Source: Bacteroidota bacterium (GTDB lineage Bacteria > Bacteroidota > Ignavibacteria > UBA10030). From it: 64,000 nucleotides of DNA. Below the pieces are notes generated by a model. That model made no database searches, had not been told where the DNA came from, and saw nothing but the letters and a program-made list of their open reading frames with translations. The stretch's first letter is position 1; each line of letters begins with the position of its first letter. The position numbers and the translations under genes are program-made. Positions 56,979 to 64,000 of the stretch are shown in pieces. The stretch lies in NCBI GenBank assembly GCA_041695045.1, contig JBGFRR010000164.1:6268-70267 (forward strand), in the 5' to 3' direction.

Positions 56979-57992
56979 GTGCGAATAGCCGTACTCCTTG
57001 GCGGCGTATCTGCCGAACGCGAAATCTCATTCCTCTCGGGCCGCGGCATAGTCTATGCCCTGCGAGAACGCGGCCATGACGTTCTTCCCATCGACCCGGC
57101 GCTCGGTGCTGCTCAGCCGACGGATGCCGACGAGTTTCTCCAGCTCACAACCGCCTCGCGGCCGCCAACACCGGAAGAGTTGGCCGCGTTGAGTCCACGC
57201 GCGGTGTTGGACTGCGTACAGTCGTCCATGCTGGATGATGTCGATCTAGTGTTCATAGCGCTGCACGGCATGTGGGGAGAGGATGGTACCGTGCAGGCAC
57301 TGCTCGACATGCGGGGCGTGCGGTACACGGGCTCTGGTGTTCTTGCAAGCGCGCTGGCGATGGACAAGGCGATGTCGAAGGTGATGTTCCGTCATGCAGG
57401 CGTGCTGACGGCTGAGTGGTTTCTTGTTGAACAACACACACCGAGCAGTGAGATCGAGCGAGCGAGCAGAGCGATCGGCTTTCCGCTTGTGGTCAAGCCG
57501 AATATCGGCGGCTCAACAGTAGGTTTGAGCATCGTGCAGACACCGGAGAAACTTTCTGCAGCAATCGAAGAGGCGCGGCGATATTGTCCTGCCGTCCTAT
57601 TGGAGAAGTATATTGACGGGCGCGAGCTGACGGTTGCGATTCTCGGCGATGAAGTACTGCCGATGATCGAGATTCGGCCGGAAGGAGGTTTCTATGACTA
57701 CAAACACAAATACACGCGAGGGATGACGGAGTATCTCTGTCCTGCGCCTGTGCCGGAGAACATCGCGCAAACGGTGTACGAACAGGCGATGCTTGCGTTT
57801 CGGTCGTTGGGATGCAAGGTGTTTGGTCGAGTCGATTTTCGGTTGAACAAGGAGGGCGACGTGTACTGTCTCGAAGTCAACACGGTACCGGGCATGACCG
57901 GAACAAGCTTAGTACCGAAAGCCGCTGCCGTGGCGGGGATGAGCTACGGCGCGGTGTGCGAGCGCATCGTGCACTTGTCGCTCGGCCGCTGA
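56979..57992 (+). CDS. ddl: D-alanine--D-alanine ligase
   Basis: GGVSAEREIS, ALHG..GEDG, KPNIGGST, FYDYKHKY, LEVNTVPG. Confidence 0.95.
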   Translation: MRIAVLLGGVSAEREISFLSGRGIVYALRERGHDVLPIDPALGAAQPTDADEFLQLTTASRPPTPEELAALSPRAVLDCVQSSMLDDVDLVFIALHGMWGEDGTVQALLDMRGVRYTGSGVLASALAMDKAMSKVMFRHAGVLTAEWFLVEQHTPSSEIERASRAIGFPLVVKPNIGGSTVGLSIVQTPEKLSAAIEEARRYCPAVLLEKYIDGRELTVAILGDEVLPMIEIRPEGGFYDYKHKYTRGMTEYLCPAPVPENIAQTVYEQAMLAFRSLGCKVFGRVDFRLNKEGDVYCLEVNTVPGMTGTSLVPKAAAVAGMSYGAVCERIVHLSLGR

Positions 57993-58030
57993 GGATTGCT
58001 TCCCTCTGGAAATTGCGCTACCTTTGAGCC

Positions 58031-58372
58031 ATGCAAGGCGACTTCTACCGCACGATTCCGAAGCGGCGCTGGGCAAAGAAGCTGAAGAGCACCTTCTTCA
58101 AGTCGCGCCGCCGCACACTCATTACATTCCTCAGCCTCATTATTCTTGCATACGTGATGTTCGACAACAAAGGGATCCTTGCGCGTATCCGGCTGGAAGT
58201 TCAAAAGCAAGAGATGGAAGAGCGGATCAAGTCGGCGCAGGAAGAGACGAAGCAGCTCGAAGCGAACATCAAAGCGTTGCGTGGGGACAGGCAAACGATC
58301 GAGAAGATTGCGCGTGAACGCCACGGCATGGTGCGGGAAGGAGAGACAGTGTATCGTGTGAAGAAGGAGTGA
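58031..58372 (+). CDS. Septum formation initiator (FtsB/DivIC)
   Basis: TM + coiled coil + IEKIARERHGMVREGETVY. Confidence 0.88.
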   Translation: MQGDFYRTIPKRRWAKKLKSTFFKSRRRTLITFLSLIILAYVMFDNKGILARIRLEVQKQEMEERIKSAQEETKQLEANIKALRGDRQTIEKIARERHGMVREGETVYRVKKE

Positions 58373-58658
58373 GGGGGAGTGCGGATTGCAGAATACAGAT
58401 TGCAGAAGGCGAATCCCCGCGTACGCGGGGACGAATGCAGCAGGCAGTACAAAGACTGACACCGATATCAAGTGAAAAATAGGAAGTATCTTGATGACCA
58501 ACGTTGGAAAAAACCGATGTTGGTTTTTTCTTTAACCTCAAAGACATTACCGACAACCGTTTCACCACAAAGTCGCAAGGACACCAAGATTCACGAAGAA
58601 CGTTGTGAAGATGAGCGCCTTTGTGTCTTCGTAGTTCAGCCTTTCGGTTAGACCTTTC

Positions 58659-59999
58659 ATGTCCGATCTCTTCTCCACAGAACCTCAGCGTAGAACAAGC
58701 AAGCCCATTGCTGGTGCTCCGTTAGCAGAACGGATTCGCCCGAAGACGCTTGATGAGTTCGTCGGCCAGCAGCATCTCGTCGGCAAGGACAAGCCGATGC
58801 GTGTGATGATCGAGAACGATCAGGTTGCCTCGATGATCTTCTGGGGACCTCCCGGCGTCGGCAAAACCACCTTAGCGCGTCTCATCGCGCTGCACACGGA
58901 GGCGGAGTTCCACCAACTCAGCGCTGTTGAGTCGGGCGTGAAGGATGTCCGTGCTGTGCTCAATCGGGCCGCTAAGAACTTCAAGCAGCTCGGTAAGCGC
59001 ACGATCTTGTTCATCGACGAAATCCATCGATTCAACAAAGCACAGCAGGATGCGCTTCTCCACAGCGTCGAAGAAGGCGTCATTACTCTCATCGGCGCAA
59101 CGACGGAAAATCCGTCCTTTGAAGTTATTTCGCCCCTCCTCTCTCGCTGTCCTGTCTATGTGTTAGAGCCGCTCGGGAAAGATGACCTCAATCGAATCAT
59201 TGACACGGCACTCAAACAGGATATCATACTTTCCAAACGCTTGACCACGATAGAGGATCGTGAGTATCTGATGCTCCTTTCGGGTGGAGATGCGCGCAAG
59301 CTGCTCAACGGTCTGGAAACGGTGTTGCGCATCACCAAACCAAAACCTGACGGCAGCGTCGTCATCACCAAGCAAAGAATCGAAGAAGCCTTCCAGCGCA
59401 AGTATACACTCTACGACAAGGAAGGCGAGCAGCATTACGACATCATCTCCGCCTTTATCAAAAGTATGCGCGGGAGCGATCCCGATGCGGCTGTCTACTG
59501 GCTTGCGCGGATGTTGGATGGGGGAGAGGACCCGAAGTTCATCGCCCGTCGCATGGTCATTTTAGCATCCGAGGACATCGGCAATGCAGACCCGCAGGCA
59601 CTGGTCTTGGCAACATCCTGCTTCACGGCGATCGATTACGTGGGCATGCCCGAGGCACAACTGATTCTGGCGCAGACCGCGACCTATCTTGCTTCAGCGC
59701 CCAAGAGTAACGCCTCGTATATGGCGATCAAATCGGCGTCGGAGGATGTTCGCAATCTCCCGAATCTCCCCGTCCCCCTGCATCTTCGCAACGCCCCCAC
59801 CAAGCTGATGGAAGAGCTAGGCTACGGCGCTGAGTACAAATACAGCCATGATTACGACGAGCATTTTACGGAGCAGCAATATCTGCCAGGCAGCCTGAAG
59901 AATAAGGTCTACTACTACCCCACGGAGATCGGGAAGGAGAAGGAGATTCGGGAGCGACTCAACAAGCTCTGGAGAAAAAAACGCGGCAAGACAACGTAA
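58659..59999 (+). CDS. rarA: Replication-associated recombination protein A
   Basis: PLAERIRP, GPPGVGKTT, DEIHRFNKAQQD, ISAFIKSMRGSDPD. Confidence 0.96.
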   Translation: MSDLFSTEPQRRTSKPIAGAPLAERIRPKTLDEFVGQQHLVGKDKPMRVMIENDQVASMIFWGPPGVGKTTLARLIALHTEAEFHQLSAVESGVKDVRAVLNRAAKNFKQLGKRTILFIDEIHRFNKAQQDALLHSVEEGVITLIGATTENPSFEVISPLLSRCPVYVLEPLGKDDLNRIIDTALKQDIILSKRLTTIEDREYLMLLSGGDARKLLNGLETVLRITKPKPDGSVVITKQRIEEAFQRKYTLYDKEGEQHYDIISAFIKSMRGSDPDAAVYWLARMLDGGEDPKFIARRMVILASEDIGNADPQALVLATSCFTAIDYVGMPEAQLILAQTATYLASAPKSNASYMAIKSASEDVRNLPNLPVPLHLRNAPTKLMEELGYGAEYKYSHDYDEHFTEQQYLPGSLKNKVYYYPTEIGKEKEIRERLNKLWRKKRGKTT

Positions 60000-60002
60000 A
60001 CT

Positions 60003-60066
60003 CCGTTAGAGCACTGCGTTCTCTAACGGTATGCACTGACGGTGGCATTAAACCACCGTCAGCTTT
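60003..60066 (+). terminator. Two hairpins after rarA (terminator or REP-like)
   Basis: CCGTTAGAG/CTCTAACGG and CTGACGGTGG/CCACCGTCAG followed by CTTT. Confidence 0.45.
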
Positions 60067-60154
60067 ATAAAGCATTCCACCACCGACTTCGTCGGTGACT
60101 TTCTCTAACGGGGTAAAGGCTTCGATCACCAACTTACAAAAGAAGGGCGCGGCA

Positions 60155-60565
60155 ATGGAAAGCGAGAACCTGTATCGCAAAGTGTTTTACGCAGGATGCG
60201 GATGGAATTTTCTTGTATCGATTCCGATGGTTTTTCTTGTTGGGTCTCTTCCCGGCATGATGAACATCGACGCGCCGCGATATCCCGTCTTCATCTACTT
60301 CAATTTAATGGCGGTCTTCTTGTTCGGCTGTCTTCAGTTCACCGTAGCGCGTCATCTGGAGACTGCGAGACCGTATGTGAAGATTCTTGCCTGGTCGAAA
60401 ATCCTGCTCGTTCTTGTTTTTCTTGCTGCCGTTGTTTTCCTTGACATGCCCGCTGCCCTCACAGAATTTTTAGCGCCCGGCATGGTCGTTGACCTGGTCT
60501 TTGGATTACTCTTTTGGCGATATCTTCAATTCTCGGCTGTGAAAACAAAACCCCTTGCCTCATAG
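60155..60565 (+). CDS. Small 4-TM hypothetical membrane protein
   Basis: Four hydrophobic segments; ATG 60155. Confidence 0.7.
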   Translation: MESENLYRKVFYAGCGWNFLVSIPMVFLVGSLPGMMNIDAPRYPVFIYFNLMAVFLFGCLQFTVARHLETARPYVKILAWSKILLVLVFLAAVVFLDMPAALTEFLAPGMVVDLVFGLLFWRYLQFSAVKTKPLAS

Positions 60566-60648
60566 ATGCCATCGATCTCCCTTTTTCACGTTGTTTGTGT
60601 CCCGCTGTTTTTTGGCGGGGCGACACCACGACAAGGCATAACCAAGGA

Positions 60649-62654
60649 ATGAAACCCATGCGCATCAAACAACCCTCCATTCTCTTCCTCGGTCTTTCTC
60701 TTGCGTTATATTCCGCACAGGCTTTTGGACAGCAGAAGCGGCCCATCGCTCCCATCGATGTTGATCGCCTGCAAACCATTAGCGACCTGCAGGTCTCGCC
60801 GGACGGCAACTGGATTGCCTATGTTCTTACTCAAGTTGACCGCTTGTTTGAAGGGGTTAAAACCCCTAAATATATTGGTTGGAAATTCTATCCACGCCCT
60901 AAAGGACGTGGCTATAGCCCCGACCTTCAGGTCGGGGATTACAAAAAAACCAACAAAAAACCCAAGGGCTTCAGCCCTTTACACACTGCAGCGGTCAACT
61001 TGAGTTCTTACATCGGTCGACACGACAAAAGATCGCCGCAACACCGACGTCTGAATGGTGAGCTGGGATGGGACGCAGACTATCCAGTTAACAAATAGTC
61101 CTGACGGGGAAAGCAGACCGCGGTTTAGCCCCGATGGAAAGTATCTCTCCTTTGTTGCCAAGCGTGGGGAGGACAAGAACAATCAGATTTATCTGCTCGA
61201 CAGGCGGGGAGGCGAAGCGAACAGACTCACCAACCTCAAGGTCGATGTTGGCGAGTACGTCTGGTCGCCGGATGGATCGCGTATTCTGCTCGTGCTCAAA
61301 GATCCCGATGTTTCCGATACAACGAAGAACAAAGCCCGCGCGCCGTACGTGATCGACCGGTACCGCTTCAAGCAGGATGGCGAAGGCTATCTTGACCGAC
61401 GGGCAACGCATCTCTACCTGTTCGATGTTGCAACGAAAAAGTTGGATACGCTGACGACCGGGCGCTACAACGAGCTGCGTCCGGTGTTTTCGCCAGACGG
61501 ATCCCGCATTGTCTTTGTCAGTAATCGCACGGAAGACCCGGACAAAAACCAGAACACCGACCTCTTCGTGATGGATGCCAAGCCTGGAGCAGAGATGAAG
61601 AAGCTCACGACCTGGCGCGGGGGAGACGACAGCCCGGTCTGGAGTTCGGACGGCAAATTCATTGCCTACCTGCAGACCAGCAGTGATGAGCTGTTTACAA
61701 TGTACGGTCAGCAGTACCTTGCCATGATTCCCACTGAAGGCGGAACGCCGAGACTCTTATCGAAGCCCGTCGACAGACCATTCGTGAATCCACGGTGGTC
61801 GAATGATGGCAAAGCGATCTACGGCATTCTGCGCGACGACCGGCAGGCGCTCATCGTCTCGTTCGGTGTGGCGGATGGCAAGCTCACGCGCGTTGCCGAT
61901 GGGGAGAGGGTCTTTGGTAATCTTGAGCCAAACCGAGCAAAGAATGCCTGGGTCGCGCTCATGAGCACACCGTATCAGCCAGCCGAGATCTACGCGCTCG
62001 AGCAGGGTGAACTGCGAAAAATCACCAGCGTTCATGATGCGTTCCTTGCCCCATTGCAACTGGCAAAGGTTGAAGGGTTTCAGTCCAAGAGCAAAGATGG
62101 CACAATCGTCTCGAACATTCTCTTTTGTCCGCCCAACGCGCAGGCTCATCAGAAGCTATCGTTGGTGCTTTACATTCACGGCGGACCATCTGATTCAGCA
62201 AGGCATCATCGACGAAAACAGAATGGCGATCGCAGGCTGGAGTTACGGGGGGATTTCCACGAACTACGCCATTGCCACCGACCGGCGATTCAAGGCTGCC
62301 GTGAGCGGTGCGGGAAGCTCGCTGCAGTTGTCGATGTACGGCACCGACCAGTATATTGTGCAATACGAGACCGAGCTTGGTCCACCGTGGAAAAATCCGG
62401 ACGCGTGGGTGAAGGTCTCGTACCCCTTCTTCAAGGCAGACAGGATCAAGACACCAACGCTCTTTATGGCGTCGCAGAACGATTTCAATGTCCCCGTCGC
62501 GGGTGCGGAGCAGATGTATCAGGCGCTTCGAAGTTTAGGCATTCCGACAGAGCTTGTCATCTACCCGAATCAGAACCACGGCTTAACCGTGCCGAGCTAC
62601 ATCAAAGATCGGCTGGAGCGGCATCTCGCGTGGTTTGGGAAGTATCTGAAGTAA
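60649..62654 (+). pseudogene. S9 family peptidase (WD40/PD40 propeller + alpha/beta hydrolase), disrupted
   Basis: SPDG repeats, GWSYGG, D and H of the triad. Lesions: MITE 60830-61004, TGA at 61052-61054, and a deletion/frameshift after HGGP at about 62188. Confidence 0.9.
60830..61004. mobile_element. MITE with perfect 14-bp TIR CTCAAGTTGACCGC (copy 2)
   Basis: TIRs; flanking duplication TTCTTA (GTTCTTAC with alternative ends); removing it restores AYVLTSVDTTK. Confidence 0.93.
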
Positions 62655-62716
62655 ACGGTACTTGCAGATGAATTGTAAATTGACGAGATTCGGTAAGAAC
62701 GTTTCGAAAAATTCTT

Positions 62717-62926
62717 ATGACAAAACTATTAGAGAAAGCCGTAGAAACCATTAAGAAATTGCCTTCTACCGAGCAAGATGCAATGGCCGCTATGATTCTC
62801 GAGGAACTCGCGACCGAAGAACGTTGGGCAAAATCCTTTGCCAATTCTCAAGAACAGCTTGCTCAACTTGCGCGAGAGGCACTTGCAGAGTATGAGAGCG
62901 GAAAAACGAAGCCGCTCAGTTTCTAA
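62717..62926 (+). CDS. Putative type II antitoxin
   Basis: 69-aa acidic helical protein directly upstream of a RelE/ParE-like toxin. Confidence 0.7.
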   Translation: MTKLLEKAVETIKKLPSTEQDAMAAMILEELATEERWAKSFANSQEQLAQLAREALAEYESGKTKPLSF

Positions 62927-62932
62927 GCCAAC

Positions 62933-63202
62933 ATGCATTCCACCACCACGGAGCGTTTCCGGAACGCCTTCGAACGACTACCGAGCGAGATCAAACATCA
63001 GGCACGTCGTGCATTTAAGTTGTGGAGAGCGGATCCTTACCATCCCAGCTTACGGTTCAAACAGGTACACACAAGAGAGCCAATTTACTCTGCCAGGATC
63101 GGGCGGGGCTATAGAGCGGTCGGTGTGAAAAAAGACAACACCTTCGTTTGGTTCTGGATCAGCTCCCATTCTGAGTATGAAGAATTGATCTCTCGACTAT
63201 AG
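62933..63202 (+). CDS. RelE/ParE/HigB-like toxin
   Basis: TERFRNAFERLP...DPYHPSLRFK...YSARIGRGYRA...WFWISSHSEY. Confidence 0.8.
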   Translation: MHSTTTERFRNAFERLPSEIKHQARRAFKLWRADPYHPSLRFKQVHTREPIYSARIGRGYRAVGVKKDNTFVWFWISSHSEYEELISRL

Positions 63203-63213
63203 AATCGGGAGAG

Positions 63214-63621
63214 TTACCGCGCCCTCAACGCTCTCGTCGCTCTGCCGACGCTCTTCGGGCTTACCCAGATGAACGAGCCGAACTTCCCGCCGACAGCGAT
63301 GGCATCGATGGCTATGATGTTGACCTCGGCCTTCGCGAGTTTCCGCAGTACGCCGTTCAGCGCGCCGGTCTGATCCTTTCCGGTAATCCAAAACCCCTTT
63401 CCCTCGCCAGCAAACGCGCGTGCCCGTTTCCACAGTGCTTTTACACGGGCTGGATTCTTTGCAACGACATACAGGTCGGCCTTGCCCCCGGAGGTGGAAA
63501 AGCCCCAAAGCCCTGCAAGACCTAAATTGCGCGCTTTCAGCTCCTTCATAACTCTCAGCAGCGCTCCCGGTCTATTCTTCAATCGAGCTTTCAGGTAGCT
63601 CACTTTGCGAACGGTTGCCAT
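63214..63621 (-). CDS. ACT-domain protein (tandem ACT-like)
   Basis: AGGAGG RBS before ATG 63621; NRPGAL...NL and DQTGAL...KLAKAEVNI repeats. Confidence 0.75.
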   Translation of the reverse strand: MATVRKVSYLKARLKNRPGALLRVMKELKARNLGLAGLWGFSTSGGKADLYVVAKNPARVKALWKRARAFAGEGKGFWITGKDQTGALNGVLRKLAKAEVNIIAIDAIAVGGKFGSFIWVSPKSVGRATRALRAR

Positions 63622-63795
63622 ACGTACCTCCTGAGATAGGTGGAAGAACCCAGTGGCTTGCACCATAATACACAGTCCGCACGCAACTCGCAAGCCCCAC
63701 CCACTTTGATTTTGCAAAGCCTTCGATGTATCTTCTTGCCAACCGGAACGGAAGACCCGCACGTTTCTCTGATTGTTTACGGACAGACCGATTGA

Positions 63796-64000
63796 GTCGA
63801 AGCGCTCAAAGCCGAGGCCGTCAAGAATGTCGACGGCATGCAGAAGCTTGTGCAGGAGATCGTCGACATGATCTTCAGCTTTGGCGAGTTGGGGTTTCAT
63901 GAGTATGAGACGTCGCGCTACCTCGTCGGGATTCTCTGGGTTCTACGCACCGGAGCCCGGTGGCAAGACATGCCGGAGCACTATCCACCAGACCAAACCT
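63796..64000 (+). pseudogene. Chimeric remnant: M20 amidohydrolase N-terminus fused to IS5-family transposase fragment
   Basis: [29 protein letters not shown] runs in frame into [17 protein letters not shown]; in-frame TGA at 63793. Confidence 0.7.

Noticed and set aside
58373-58658. Possible ncRNA between ftsB-like gene and rarA
   Set aside because: Only degenerate short repeats and REP-like fragments; no RNA family recognisable.
61052-61054. TGA as recoded Trp/Sec in the S9 peptidase
   Set aside because: TGA is a normal stop throughout the window and the gene has two other inactivating lesions.

Overview
A ~55-58% GC (by eye) bacterial chromosome segment that looks like a deep-branching Bacteroidota/Ignavibacteria-type organism: it has T9SS C-terminal domains, a PorV/PorQ-family barrel, and Gln at +1 of most Sec signal peptides. 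1-27 kb is a large starch/maltodextrin locus with no SusD. It starts with a TonB-dependent receptor, a 1.2-kaa Ca-repeat/FN3 partner with a variant 'VVPNPY' C-terminal domain, and a PorV/PorQ-like barrel. These are followed by three T9SS cargo proteins (one non-catalytic CBM20 protein and two GH13), a MalEFG(K) ABC transporter, a GH2-N/GH13 fusion lipoprotein, GH57, and a convergent SSS + GH97 pair. Its intergenic spaces hold REP-like elements and nested miniature inverted-repeat elements with clear target duplications. 27-29 kb has tRNA-Glu(TTC) and tRNA-Pro(GGG), each with a small passenger gene just upstream (a four-helix-bundle gene and a frameshifted GIY-YIG). 29-60 kb is mostly housekeeping (ligA, xerD, lysA, asd, ddl, rarA) plus several D-amino-acid/muropeptide genes: a Tat-exported divergent racemase, NlpC/P60, DUF819, DUF1611, and a GNAT-NSAR/OSBS-M20-permease cluster. 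60-64 kb is eroded: a MITE-interrupted S9 peptidase pseudogene, a toxin-antitoxin pair, and an amidohydrolase/IS5 chimera. All calls come from motif recognition by eye; no searches were run.
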